Part shown: positions 39,901 to 55,493 of the stretch, piece after piece
Layout of the letters: every line of letters begins with the position of its first letter
Position numbering within the stretch: position 1 is the stretch's first letter
Source: an uncultured Spirochaetota bacterium
GTDB lineage: Bacteria; Spirochaetota; Spirochaetia; SZUA-6; Fen-1364
Assembly (NCBI GenBank): GCA_963734545.1
Contig: CAVTHO010000008.1
Span: 1 to 64,000 of the forward strand
Direction of reading: 5' to 3'
DNA: 64,000 nucleotides
Made by a program: the position numbers and the translations under genes
The notes under the pieces: generated by a model
Databases searched by the model: none
Told to the model about the DNA's origin: nothing
What the model saw: only the letters and a program-made list of their open reading frames with translations

Positions 39901-41337
39901 GAGGTTGGCCGCAGATGCCGGGCCGACGAGTGTATCCTGGCTGCCTGACCCGCCGACAACCTCTGATATCCCCACGGCAGAGTTGAGGGCCGTAAAGTCG
40001 ATACGGTCGTCACCGTCTCCGGTATCTATGGCGACGGAAACGCCGGCAAACGGCGCCGTGAGCTCGGTCGCCTCGACGCTGACAATGTCCACGCCCGCGC
40101 CGGTCTTGACGGAGAGATTCTGCAGGCCGGACGCCACGAGCCCGGGAGACGAGATGGTCAAGGAGTCGGCATCGCCGCCGGGTACGTCGTTGGCGCCGAG
40201 GTCGACGGTGACGCTGGCCACGTCAAAGAACGTGACCGCTTCGAATGCCACGCCGCCGCTCGTGCCCCTGATTCGGTTCTGCCCAAGAGCGGGGCTGTCG
40301 ATGACGACTTCGTCCACGCCGGTCAGGTTCTCAGGCGTGGTACCGGGAAACAGCGCAGATGTGTCGTCGGTACGGAACGTGTAGGCGGAAACGCCGCTGA
40401 TCGTCACCGGCTCGAGGCCGGTGAATTGCACGAACGTCGTGACAGGGGTCCCGTCCGCATCACCTCTCAACGCCAGCATGCCGGCGTCTGCGCCGAGGGC
40501 CGTGTAATCGGCGATGATGCCATCGGCGCCGATGAACACCAGGCTGTCGTACCAGCCGGAACCGCCATCGAAGGTGATACCGTCGTTCAGCCAGAAGGGG
40601 ACGGAAAAATCCACGGTAAGCAGATCGTCTGATTCGTCGGAACCGAATATTCCGATCGAAGTGAGTGACGCCAGTGGCGCCGACGCGACGACCTGATTGG
40701 CGTTGTTACTGAAAATTTCTATATTGCGGTGCGTTTGCCAATCGACTCTGAGAATCAAGTCGTTCTGACCCGCGCTGGAAATGATTCGAAACGTCTCGGC
40801 CCCTATTGGAGGAGGCTGCGGTGCGTGTAATGTCTCAACGAACTCATCAGGTTGCGTTGAAAAAGCCGACACGGAAGGAGCGCCGGCCGCCGATGCCGTG
40901 AAGGCCTTTTCGCCTCCATCTGCAAAGGAGAACGAGACAATCACGACGTCGTCGGTGTCTGTGTTTTCGTACAACTCCGCCACCTTGGCGGCACGCGGCT
41001 TTTCCGGCTCGGTCTCAGTATCGATGGGGGGATTCTTGAGCAGGTCGACGTCACAAGCGTTGTCCAGGGCATCACAAGGCTCAGTTTTGACAGAATTTGC
41101 CTTTTGTTCAGTGTCGTCCGTTTCGCCCCCGAAAAGGTCAGCAAGCTGCACATCGGGAGAGTAGGTGAGGCCCGAGCGTTCCATGCCAAATTCAGGGAGC
41201 TCTACCGTGATTACCTCTTGAGCAATCGCTTCGTCGATCGGATGGATGGCAAGGACAGCTACTTCCGGCAGAAGACCGTTGCCTGACAAAAGGAGTCGGG
41301 GTTCCAGTTGTTCCAGCCTATATCGGTCCTTACTCAT
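6962..41337 (-). CDS. giant secreted adhesin-like protein (~11,450 aa): LEPRxLL N-terminus, beta-rich repeats, FG-GAP propellers, RTX Ca-binding repeats; split by four 1-bp indels
   Basis: ORFs 31888..41337, 29076..32045, 26753..29179, 17896..27027 and 6962..18268 overlap and join at single-base shifts near 31955, 29204, 27012 and 17966. Starts MSKDRYRLEQLEPRLLLSG. Many GGxGxDxLx repeats and FGxSVAIxGDxxVVGAP repeats. Confidence 0.85.
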
Positions 41338-41591
41338 TTCTGACTTCTTAATTCACATTTGCGGCCGGAAAGTCTAAGACACGGTGTTCCCGAAGTCAAG
41401 GGCATCTCGCACGAATTCTCGGACCTCTTTCGCAGGATTGCTGCCCCGGTGGAGCTCGGGATCCGTCAGACTGACACCGGATGGCCGCTTTGCCAGGCAG
41501 GGTCCGCAGCACCCGCTCTCATTGGGGTTTTTACGGCTAAAAAGTGCATAGTCTAATGCTAGGTGGCTGTCCCCGGGGAGGACGACGGATG

Positions 41592-41696
41592 AAAATTCTT
41601 CGCAAGTATGGGTACCCGCCGGACAAGCAGGAGAAGGCAACCGAAACGGTGCTGGAACAAGCCGCCGTGCTGTCGGAAGAATGGGCGGTAGCTTGA
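41592..41696 (+). pseudogene. hsdR: second 3' remnant of HsdR
   Basis: [34 protein letters not shown], homologous to 1910-2011. Confidence 0.8.
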
Positions 41697-41804
41697 ATCC
41701 GTCACCATTCGGCGTTGCTCTCTCAGCGATCATGAGGGAGACGGCGCCACGCAAGGGCTTGCGCCCGGCACTTTTCTATGTCTCCATTGGATTGAGGATC
41801 CATC

Positions 41805-42098
41805 GTGAAAAGCCGGGAAGAGGTACTCAGCATACTACGCGCGGCGCGGAGTGACCTGGAAACGCGGTATCAGGTCACTCGGATCGCCCTTTTCGGCTCC
41901 TATGCGCGTGGAGATCAGCGAGAGGACAGCGACATTGACGTGCTCATCGACGTCGATCCATCAATCGGCATGAAGCTCGTTACGCTGGCAAACGAGCTGG
42001 AGAATCTGCTCGGTAATCGTGTCGAGCTTGTAACCTCCCGGGCTGTCAGCCCGAAGATGAAACAGATCCTCGAGGCTGAATGCATTGAAGTCGCGTAG
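41805..42098 (+). CDS. MNT-family minimal nucleotidyltransferase antitoxin
   Basis: 97 aa with LFGSYARGDQREDSDIDVL (GSX10DXD motif). Confidence 0.9.
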   Translation: MKSREEVLSILRAARSDLETRYQVTRIALFGSYARGDQREDSDIDVLIDVDPSIGMKLVTLANELENLLGNRVELVTSRAVSPKMKQILEAECIEVA

Positions 42099-42438
42099 GG
42101 CGGACAGACTCCTCCTCGAGGACATGCTTGAATCGATAGAGCGGATAGCCAGTTATTCATCAGGCATGGACAGGGGGACTTTCCTTTCGGACCGCAAGAC
42201 GATAGACGCCGTTGTGAGGAATCTCGAGGTCATCGGCGAAGCTGCGGCCCGGCTGACCGATGAAGCCAGGAAACAGAAGTCGGACATCGAGTGGGTGCAG
42301 ATTGTCGGTCTGCGAAACAGGATCGTGCACGAATACTTCGGCGTCGACGCAGAGATTGTCTGGGACATCATTACCCGCGACCTTACGAAGCTGAAGATCG
42401 GTTTGCAGTCGATTCTAAGAATGCGGACCTTGGAATGA
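42085..42438 (+). CDS. HEPN/DUF86 RNase toxin (HepT-like)
   Basis: Overlaps the MNT gene. DAVVRNLEVIGEAA and RX4H motif RNRIVHEY. Confidence 0.9.
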   Translation: MKSRRADRLLLEDMLESIERIASYSSGMDRGTFLSDRKTIDAVVRNLEVIGEAAARLTDEARKQKSDIEWVQIVGLRNRIVHEYFGVDAEIVWDIITRDLTKLKIGLQSILRMRTLE

Positions 42439-42465
42439 CGTCGTTGCTTGTTGGCAAATAAAAAA

Positions 42466-42581
<116 letters not shown>

Positions 42582-42746
42582 ATATTATGCGCTAGGGAAT
42601 GAACGTGCTCTCGGCGTTTCTGACGAAACGCCTGCCGCACGAATGTCACGGAATACCGTGACCGCGGTGAACGAATCAGTCCGTACGGCCTTGCGGCCGC
42701 GCGTCTTTCTTTATTGGGCTTGCACCCTTTGAGAGCGATGAAAAAT

Positions 42747-45758
<3,012 letters not shown>

Positions 45759-46008
45759 TTTTCCATCGTTCCCTTGCTTAGCACGTAATCCACGCCAGGT
45801 AATGACGTCGATCACGTCTCTTCTCCGCGGCTTCGCCTCTCAGGCCAGCTCCACCACGGACTCTCTTCACGCAACGCACGCCTGGTGCCATCCAGCGCAC
45901 GTTCGCGTATTCGTTCACCCTTCCCTAGATTGTCAAAGAACAGCCACAGCACGCGTATCTTGCCGATGTGATTTCTGCCGCGGTTCCCGCGGCGACATCG
46001 CGCCGCTC

Positions 46009-46084
46009 TGGTGGAGGTATGGGGACTTGAACCCCAGACCTATGGCTTGCAAAGCCACCGCTCTAGCCACTGAGCTATACCCCC
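46009..46084 (-). tRNA. tRNA-Ala(TGC) in the 16S-23S spacer
   Basis: GGGGGTATAGCTCAG..TTGCAAG..GTTCAAGTCCCCATACCTCCACCA, 76 nt with encoded CCA. Confidence 0.97.
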
Positions 46085-46310
46085 AGGCTTGGCCGCCGCA
46101 CCATCGCGCAACACTCCCGTCAGCATGGCTCGGCGGGTTTGTGCTGTGTACGGGATGCGGCATATATACAGAAAAGGGAGGAGAGTTTGAGAGAGAGCGA
46201 GCTATTCCGCGCTCGCTCTCGCCGTCCTGCTCTTCCACGCTTTCGCGTGGACTTGCGCAGGCCGGCTGCCGCTCGCACGGATTCGCGCCTCTGTATACAG
46301 AGGCGCTACT

Positions 46311-47862
<1,552 letters not shown>

Positions 47863-48147
47863 TATAGAACCTGTCCTTGCGGACAGGTTTTATACTTCGT
47901 TACACGCGCTTCCGACGCCTCGCTGACTTTGCGACGCCGTATAGCGCGTTTTCGCCCCAGACGCAGTTACCCGCGCCCGTGACGGACCCGCTCACCTCAT
48001 TCTCCCCTTCCCTTCACTGTCAAAGATCACGGCCGTGGCTTCACACGGCTCGGCCCCAGAGACGGTACTCCCCCCCTCGGATTTTTTGGTCTGAGGAGAG
48101 AATGCCGCGGATCACCGCGGCCGAAGTACTACCCTGGAGGCTTTCTT

Positions 48148-48177
48148 AATATAACTTCAGCCCAACAGTCATGTCAA
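48148..48177 (-). promoter_or_regulatory. sigma70-type promoter of the rRNA operon
   Basis: TTGACA-N18-TATATT on the minus strand. boxA-like GATCTTTGACAG near 48017-48028 and GTTCTTTGACAA near 45930-45941. Confidence 0.6.
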
Positions 48178-48749
48178 CTAGGTTTTCGAAAATTCTTCAT
48201 GAAGAATGCTGCATAATCGGCCAAAGACCACAGCGCCACCAGCGCGGCCAGAACGAAAAGCACGAATGCGATTCCCTGAATGATGGGCATGTAGTCCAGG
48301 AAAAGACCGAGTTTCCTCACTGAAAACACGGCAATACCGACACCGCCCGCGAACGCATAGATCCATGCCTTGAGCTTCCCGCTTGTGCGGGCGGGCATCA
48401 AAACCTGCGATTTTGAAACCATCACTCTGATATAGGCTACTGCAACATCGCGGTAGATGAGAATGAGCAGTATCCACAGAGGAAGAATCCCTGTTCCAGC
48501 AAAGGCGACGAAATAGGTGAGCCTGCTCAAAGAGTCGGCAAATGGATCGAGAATCTTGCCAATGTCGGATTCCTGTTTCCAAATCCGGGCAAAATGGCCA
48601 TCCAGCAGGTCCGAAACCTCGATAAGGAGGAAAGTGGCCCAGACCGGTACGAGAAGAGCTGTCCCGTAAGCTTCGGCCAGCTCGTAAAGCAGGAAAAAAA
48701 GGGGCGCAATGGCGATTCTGCCCCACGTAAGAATCATGGGCAAAGTCAT
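48174..48749 (-). CDS. pgsA: CDP-diacylglycerol--glycerol-3-phosphate phosphatidyltransferase
   Basis: Motif SDLLDGHFAR..SDIGKILDPFAD and ARTSGKLK. Confidence 0.85.
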   Translation of the reverse strand: MTLPMILTWGRIAIAPLFFLLYELAEAYGTALLVPVWATFLLIEVSDLLDGHFARIWKQESDIGKILDPFADSLSRLTYFVAFAGTGILPLWILLILIYRDVAVAYIRVMVSKSQVLMPARTSGKLKAWIYAFAGGVGIAVFSVRKLGLFLDYMPIIQGIAFVLFVLAALVALWSLADYAAFFMKNFRKPS

Positions 48750-48964
48750 GGGTGCATCTTAGTGTTCAGGTGGATTTCGTCAACGTCTGATTCTCCGGTG
48801 ACGCTGTCTGCATTGTGAAAATGCAGAATTTAGAAGCGCCCCTTCTAAATTCATCGAAAAGCTCAATGGGACGCGCATACTCCTGGCAAAACCTCAGACG
48901 CGCGAGTCGCGCTGGCCACCTCGGTCTTCGGCGGGCCGCGCAGCGGCGTTCGACTCCCTCTCCC

Positions 48965-48993
48965 TTGACAGGGGCATGCCGGTAGCCTAGATT
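48965..48993 (+). promoter_or_regulatory. sigma70-type promoter
   Basis: TTGACA-N17-TAGATT directly before the CDS at 48998/49001. Confidence 0.55.
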
Positions 48994-48997
48994 CCCC

Positions 48998-49822
48998 GTG
49001 ATGCCAGCCAAGGGAACCCTCGAGAGAAGCATTATTCTGCATGGCGTACTCTTTTTCCTCGCCCAGGGTGTGATCCTGCTCGCAGTCCCCCTGGCCTATC
49101 GGATGGGGTGGCAGCGGCCCGCCCTGTTCCTGGCGATATCCGCGGCGTACCACGCACTTTTTACCTCATTGTTGCTCCATCGCAAGGCGGATTTTCATGT
49201 CGACGGGACCCCTACCCCGCTTGCGCGGGTGAATCTCTCGAATACCCTCACTTTCGGGCGTCTCAGCGCCATACCCACGGTGCTGTTCCTGATCATCCAG
49301 GCGTCCGCCTACCCCATCATGCCTGTTCTCCTGCCGCTCATGGTTCTCGTATTCGTCACCGACACGCTGGACGGAATGGTGGCCCGAAGAAGGAATGAGA
49401 TCACTTTTGTCGGCAGATACCTGGATTCCTCAAGCGACTATCTCATGATCATCACTGTGACGATCATTTTCTTCTATTATGAGCTCATTCCGCTCTGGTT
49501 TTTCATCCTTATCATGTGCCGATTCGTGTTTTTCGCGCTCGCCATGGTCGCCCTTGCGCTCCGCGAAGGAAGGCCCGACCCCCTTTCCACCTTCCTCGGC
49601 AAGGCGTCCATTTTCGCCCTCATGGTGCTCTACGTGATGGAGATCGCCGGGCTTTTCGGAGTGCCGTGGATCGGCAATGACCTGGTCATTCGGATCGTGG
49701 AGTACGCCGTTGCGCTGATCGTGGCCGTTTCCATGGTGGACAAGGCGATATTCCTGAGGCGTGCGTTCCAGAAAGCAGCGCATCGACAGGAGCGGATCCC
49801 GCCCGCCAGCGGGTCAGCCTGA
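48998..49822 (+). CDS. CDP-alcohol phosphatidyltransferase family protein
   Basis: NLSNTLTFGRL and TDTLDGMVARRRNEITFVGRYLDSSSD. Extra N-terminal transmembrane helices. Confidence 0.85.
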   Translation: MMPAKGTLERSIILHGVLFFLAQGVILLAVPLAYRMGWQRPALFLAISAAYHALFTSLLLHRKADFHVDGTPTPLARVNLSNTLTFGRLSAIPTVLFLIIQASAYPIMPVLLPLMVLVFVTDTLDGMVARRRNEITFVGRYLDSSSDYLMIITVTIIFFYYELIPLWFFILIMCRFVFFALAMVALALREGRPDPLSTFLGKASIFALMVLYVMEIAGLFGVPWIGNDLVIRIVEYAVALIVAVSMVDKAIFLRRAFQKAAHRQERIPPASGSA

Positions 49823-50623
49823 TTTCGGCACGATCTGAACTCCCCCATCGTTCTGCACCCTGATGCCATAGGTGGCGAACTCCGCCGCTCTCTTGCTGGA
49901 CATCTCGATCTGAGCTGTCTTCACGCCGGGGATCCGTGTTTCGTTCTTTTCGAAAAAAGCCCAGAGCTCTTCGGACACGCCCAGGGGCCGCGGGAACCGG
50001 TAGGCCGACTTGACCTGCAGGAGCTGCTCGTCGAAAGTGTTGATCCCCTCGAACCGATACCAGGTCCGCGCGCCCAGGAAAACGAGGAGGTCATCGAAAA
50101 TCACGACCTTGACGATGGGAGCGAAACGGACGCCATCCATGGTCAGGAGGACCGGCTCCTGGCCCCGCGGGGCGACCTCCAGCCTCATCGAGGAGGCCGA
50201 CACGCTGATCACCCGCACGCTGGCGATCTCGGTCTCCCCGGTAAAGGCGCGGATGCTCTGAAAGAAGAGGCTGAACAGGATGACCGATGCAATGAGGAGC
50301 ACCATGACGGGAATCCCGAGGGCCTTTTTGAAACGCAGGGCGCAAAAGGCGACTACCGCCGCGACAAGGGCAGCCCATGCAAGACGGATATCGACGACCT
50401 TGGACGGCCCGGGGATGAATACTCCGAGCAGGGCCAGGACAATGGCGATGGAGAAAAGCACGCAGGCGACAACCCACTTCCGCGTGCGCGCCCGGTCAGG
50501 ATCCCGGCGATGTTTCGTGCGCATCGAGGCGCGCGCAACCGCCGCCCCGACGAACACTCCTGCGAGGATCGCCCATGGAAGCGGGCTGGAAGCCACGGTG
50601 CGGAGTATCGACAAGGCATTCAT
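49814..50623 (-). CDS. hypothetical membrane protein
   Basis: 269-aa ORF with about four hydrophobic segments, collinear with the upstream operon. Confidence 0.7.
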   Translation of the reverse strand: MNALSILRTVASSPLPWAILAGVFVGAAVARASMRTKHRRDPDRARTRKWVVACVLFSIAIVLALLGVFIPGPSKVVDIRLAWAALVAAVVAFCALRFKKALGIPVMVLLIASVILFSLFFQSIRAFTGETEIASVRVISVSASSMRLEVAPRGQEPVLLTMDGVRFAPIVKVVIFDDLLVFLGARTWYRFEGINTFDEQLLQVKSAYRFPRPLGVSEELWAFFEKNETRIPGVKTAQIEMSSKRAAEFATYGIRVQNDGGVQIVPKSG

Positions 50624-50641
50624 GGGTCCCTCCCCGGGTTC

Positions 50642-51976
50642 TCAATGGTACGTATATGCGCTCCCGCCGATGAACTCACGGAGGAGCGAGCGGCTGGGAA
50701 CGACGCTTTCGTCCTCGGCTGCCGGCACCTGGTCGAGCAGCGACTTCACCCTGACCGCTCTCTCGTGCGCGTCCTGCGTGTCTGGATCCGCCGCGAACTG
50801 CTCGATGAGCGGCGCAAGGTGCCGTTCCACCCTTCCCTTCATGATGGGAAGCTCATAGGATAAAAAGCTGTTCACGAGGGCGTGCGCCCTGCGCAGCTCC
50901 GGCACGATGTAGCGGAGCTCGGCCCGGCGCACCAGGTGCCAGTGCCGGATCGTGGCCCGCGGGGAATAGTTCCTGAACTGCATGTCGCGCACGATCCGGC
51001 GCAGCATGCGGATGTCCGCCCAGCGGATGTAGCGACCGTCCGCGGCCTTGATCTGGGACAGGGTTTCCACGTAGAGCCGAAACTTCATGTCCTCGGGCAC
51101 GCTGCGGGTCATCTCGGGGAACAACCCGTGCAGGGAGTCGATGAGCAGGACCTGGTCCGGCGCCAGACGGATCGTGCCGGAGTCCCCTGTCCGCCTGCCT
51201 GTCTTGAAGTCGTAGCGGGGCACGACGACGCTGGCGCCGCCGACCAGCGCCTGGAGGTGCTGGTCGAGGAGAGCCAGATCGAGGGCCTGCGGCGTCTCGA
51301 AGTCATAGTCATCGTCGCCGATCTTCGGGTGCACGTCGAGGTCGTAGAAGTAGTTGTCCACCGTGAGCGGGACGGTCGTGATCCCCGCCGCCGCGAGTTT
51401 CTCTTTCACCTTGATCGTGGTAGTCGATTTTCCGGATGAAGAGGGCCCGGCGATGATGACGATCTTCAGCTCATCCCGTCGGGAGAGTATCTTCTCCGCC
51501 GCTGCGTCCAGCTCGGCCTCATAGAAATCATCTGCCGCCGCAATGAGATCCCTGTACTTCCCCGAGGCCATCTGCCGGGCGAGCTGGGCAAGGGTGACGC
51601 AGGCGTGATCCGTGGCCCATGAGAGCGCCTCCCACAGCTTGCGGTAGGGGATGTTCTCCTCCGAGTAGGTGAGACTGGCCTTTCCCTCGCGCTTGAGGGC
51701 GTGCTCGTAGCGGTACACGATGTAGGCCTTTGCCACACGCGCGTGGCCGCGCTCGATCAGGGCCTTCTCCACGAGATCCTGGATCTCTTCCACCGTCGGC
51801 CAGCTTCCGCGGCCCTGCCGTGCCTCGAGCATCGCAAGGACATCGTCCGTGACCAGCTCAGCCTCGGCTTTGTCCCTGCCCCCGCAGGCCACCGCGGCCC
51901 TGTAGACGGCAGAGGTGATCTTCTCCTTCTGGAACGGGACGGCCCTCCCGTCCCGCTTGATGATCATTTCGATCAT
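50642..51976 (-). CDS. ATP-cone domain fused to a uridine/nucleoside kinase domain
   Basis: IIKRDGRAVPFQKEKI..VEEIQDLVEKALI..AKAYIVYR, Walker A IAGPSSSGKSTT, DYDFETPQALDL, RMLRRIVRD. Confidence 0.85.
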   Translation of the reverse strand: MIEMIIKRDGRAVPFQKEKITSAVYRAAVACGGRDKAEAELVTDDVLAMLEARQGRGSWPTVEEIQDLVEKALIERGHARVAKAYIVYRYEHALKREGKASLTYSEENIPYRKLWEALSWATDHACVTLAQLARQMASGKYRDLIAAADDFYEAELDAAAEKILSRRDELKIVIIAGPSSSGKSTTTIKVKEKLAAAGITTVPLTVDNYFYDLDVHPKIGDDDYDFETPQALDLALLDQHLQALVGGASVVVPRYDFKTGRRTGDSGTIRLAPDQVLLIDSLHGLFPEMTRSVPEDMKFRLYVETLSQIKAADGRYIRWADIRMLRRIVRDMQFRNYSPRATIRHWHLVRRAELRYIVPELRRAHALVNSFLSYELPIMKGRVERHLAPLIEQFAADPDTQDAHERAVRVKSLLDQVPAAEDESVVPSRSLLREFIGGSAYTYH

Positions 51977-51978
51977 GT

Positions 51979-53737
51979 TCAGTCCAGCGTCTTCGGCCTC
52001 ACCTCGACCTCGATCATCGTCAGGAACTCCTCCAGCGGAATGAGATTCTTCTGCTCACCGCTTCGGGTGCGCAGGGACACGCTCCTTCCCGTCTGCTCCT
52101 TTTCCCCCAGGATGATCATGAACGGGACCTTCTGGTTCTGCGCGTTTCGGATCTTGGCGTTCATGCGATCGTCTCCCTTGTCCAGCTCGGCCCGCACGCC
52201 GCGGCCTCGAAGCCGCCTTCACCACCTCTTCCCCGTAGGCGGTGAATGCGGTCGCTGACGGGTATGGCCACTGCCTGCACCGGGGCGAGCCACGGCGGGA
52301 ACGCCCCGCCGTAAGTGCTCGATCAGGACGCCGAAGAAACGCTCCAGGGAGCCAAGCAGCGCGCGGTGCACCATGAAGGGCCGCTTCTGCGTGTTGTCCG
52401 CGGCGACGTAGGTGAGCCCGAAACGCTCGGGCTCGTTCCAGTCGAACTGGATGGTGGTCATCTGCCACTCGCGCCCCAGGGCATCCTTGATCTTGAGGTC
52501 GATCTTGGGGCCGTAGAAGGCTCCCCCGCCCTCGTCGATCACGATGTCCAGCTTTTCGATCTCCGCGGCCCGCTTCAGCGACGGCGATCGCCTTGTCCCA
52601 CGTCGCGTCGTCGCCGATCCCGTCGGCCGGCTTGGTGGCGAGGTACGCCTTGATGTCGGTGAACCCGAACGCCTTCCAGATCTTCAGGGAGAAGCGAAGG
52701 ACTTCGAGGATCTCGTCGTCGATCTGCTCCGGGGTGCAGATGATGTGCGCGTCGTCCTGCGTGAAGCCGCGCACGCGCAGGAGACCGTGCAGGACGCCGG
52801 ACTTCTCGTAGCGGTACACGGTGCCCAGCTCGGCCCAGCGCAGCGGAAGGTCGCGGTAGGAGCGCTGCTGGTTCTTGTAGATCATGAGGTGGAACGGGCA
52901 GTTCATCGGCTTGAGGAAGTAGTCCACGTCGTCGATGGACAGCGGGCGCGTACATGTTCTGCTTGTAGAACCCGAGGTGGCCCGATGTCTCCCACAGCCA
53001 GGACTTGCCGATGTGCGGCGTGTAGAGAAGCTCGTAGCCGTTCTTCAGGTGCTCCGCGCGCCAGAAGTCCTCGATGGCCAGCCGGACGCGGGCGCCCTTG
53101 GGATGCCAGTAGATGAGACCCGCGCCCGGCTTCCTCGTGGATGGAGTACAGGTCGAGCTCCTTGCCCGAGCCTGCGGTGGTCGCGCTTCTCGATCTCCAG
53201 CAGCTTCTTCAGGTACGCCTCGAGATCCGCCTTCGACTCCCACGCGGTGCCGTAGATGCGCTGGAGCATCTTGTTCTTCTCGTCTCCGCGCCAGTACGCC
53301 CCTGCAATGGAGGTGAGCTTGAAGCGCATCGGGAGGGAGCTCACGCGTGCTGGAGACGTGCGGGCCGCGGCAGAGATCGGTGAAAGTGTCCTGCGTGTAG
53401 GTGGAGATCTCTTCGCCCTCCGGGAAGCTCGTCGATGAGCTCCAGCTTGTACGGCTGGTCCTTGAACAGCTTGCGCGCCTCCGCGCGGCTGATCACGGCC
53501 TTGCGGGTAAACGCGTGCGTCCCGGCGACGATGGCGCGCATCTTCTCCTCGATCTCCGGCCAGGTCCTCGGTGCTGCAGCGAACGCGGGAGCTCGAAATC
53601 GTAGTAGAAGCCCTCCGTCGATCGCCGGGCCGATGGCAAGCTTCGCCCCGGGGAACATCTGGAGCACCGCTTCCGCCATGACGTGCGAGAAGGAGTGCCG
53701 GATTTCCAGCAGCCCGGGATTCTCGTGCATCTTCCAT
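51979..53737 (-). CDS. thrS: threonyl-tRNA synthetase (multiple frameshifts, probably sequencing errors)
   Basis: [81 protein letters not shown]. Confidence 0.93.
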
Positions 53738-53754
53738 CTCTGTCCTCCATACGA

Positions 53755-54112
53755 CAAAGCCCCTTTCGGCGCTTCGTCCCAGTATTGGACGCGGCAATAC
53801 GCCGCGCTTCCAAGGACGAAAAGCCGAAAGGGGCTCTCCGCGGTTCCACCTTGATTCGCCTCCCTTGCGCGGTACTCCGCGTGTTTCGCGGTATTCCGTG
53901 CAGCTACGGGACGCGCTCTCTCCGTGCTCTCTTACGTGGAGCCGCCGTCGGCGCCTACTCGAACGACGCACGGAGCGCCGTCTTTCGGGCCGCGGCTCGG
54001 GAGTGGTTTTCAGCGATTCGCGGTCCGCGCGCCTTTCACTCCGCGGCCCGTGCATCCGGGGCGCTCTCTCTGTTGACCGGAGCTTTCGCCTACTCTTCTC
54101 CGTCGCAGCCTT
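53755..54112 (-). promoter_or_regulatory. T-box riboswitch leader of thrS
   Basis: AAGGTGGAACCGCG T-box (53839-53852) with antiterminator, Thr specifier ACC (54005-54007) in CTGAAAACCACTCC, and stem I AGTA and AGAGA motifs. Confidence 0.85.
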
Positions 54113-54168
54113 TCTGAAAGTATCAGGACAAACTGCATCGCCTGTCAAGGCTGAGATCGACCGAAAGA

Positions 54169-54198
54169 TTGACATCGTTCCGGCGGGGGGGCTACATT
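54169..54198 (+). promoter_or_regulatory. sigma70-type promoter, back-to-back with a thrS promoter (-35 TTGACA at 54143-54148, minus strand)
   Basis: TTGACA-N18-TACATT. The spacer contains a G homopolymer. Confidence 0.5.
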
Positions 54199-54200
54199 GA

Positions 54201-55493
54201 ATGGTAGAAATGAAGCGCATCGACATCTACACGATCGACATCGGCGGAGGGCATATCGCCCCCGCCGTGGCGCTGAAGGAGCAGTTCGACATCCTGGGCT
54301 ACAAGGACCTCGATGTCCGTGTCGTGAATCTGGGCATCGCCCTGGGGGCAAGCTTCCTCCGATACCTCTACAAGTTCTACTGGAACAAGGCGCTTCGCTA
54401 CCCGCCGCTCATCAACGCGTTCTACCGCGGCGCGGACAACCCCTTCATGATCAAGATCATCGACAGAATCCTCGGCATCACGATCCTGCCGAAATTCGTC
54501 CGCTACCTGGAGCGGGAGAAGTCCCGACCTCGTCGTGTCCACGTACTTCACTTTCACGCACTACCTGGAGCTGCTGAAGCGGTCGGCCAGCTCGATGCGG
54601 TCTCCGTCGTGCTCAATCCCGAGCCCTTCGACTCGCACTATATCTGGTTCTCCCCCGTCTTCGACTGGAGCATGGTTTTCTCCCGCAAAGTCCCGTGACG
54701 AGATCATCGCAGAAGGGCATCTGGGCGCGCAAGGTGAAGGTCTTCCAGTTTCCCATCAAGCCAAGCTTCTCACCCCGCAAGGAGTCCCGCACCGTGCTTC
54801 GACGGCGGCTGGGGCTCGCGCAGAAACCGTTCACCGTGCTGTTCTTTTTCGGCGCGGAAGGTGTCGGCCCGGTCAAGAAGATCCTGGCCACTCTCATTCG
54901 AGAGGGGCCTCGCGCTCCAGGCGGTGGTCATCTGCGGCCGCAACGAAAAGCTGCAGGCATGACATCGAGACCCTGGCGCGAAGGGCCCACGGGTGCCCTG
55001 CAGATCAACGTGAAGGGCTACGTCACGAATGTCGCGGAATACATAAGCGCCGCCGATGTCGTGGTGGGCAAGTCAGGACCCAACCAGGTATTCGAGACCC
55101 TCGCTGCAGGGACGGCCCATCGTCATCTCCAGCTTCCTTGCCAATGAGAAGGAGACGACGAGCTGGGTCATCGGCAACCAGCTCGGATGGCTGACGCGCA
55201 CCCCGACGCACCTGGCGACCCTCCTGGCAAAGCTGGCGGCAAATCCGGCGATCCTGGAACGCTACCAGCAGAACATCCGCAGGTTGAACCTGCGCTCCGG
55301 AGCGCCGGAGATATGCGAGTTTCTCTACGGGCTGGTCAAGAATACCCACAGAAAGAAGAAGCAGACTGTCGGAGATGCCTTGCGCAGATTCCGAGACGCC
55401 GTGGTGGCAGAAGGAGAAGCAATCTCCCGGCGCATCGACGCCTCGGAGGGGATTCAGCGATTGAGACGCGCGACGAGCTCACACCGGGGATAG
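54201..55493 (+). CDS. MGDG-synthase-like GT28 glycosyltransferase (frameshifted in this sequence)
   Basis: [43 protein letters not shown]. Confidence 0.8.

Noticed and set aside
7066-41164. Long plus-strand ORFs (for example 8132..12466, 1444 aa) opposite the giant gene
   Set aside because: Antisense shadows expected from high-GC codon bias. No recognisable motifs.
48784-48960. Possible c-di-GMP riboswitch or other ncRNA between the phosphatidyltransferase genes
   Set aside because: Several hairpins and GGGACGC are present, but the order and conserved core do not match. An Infernal search is needed to decide.
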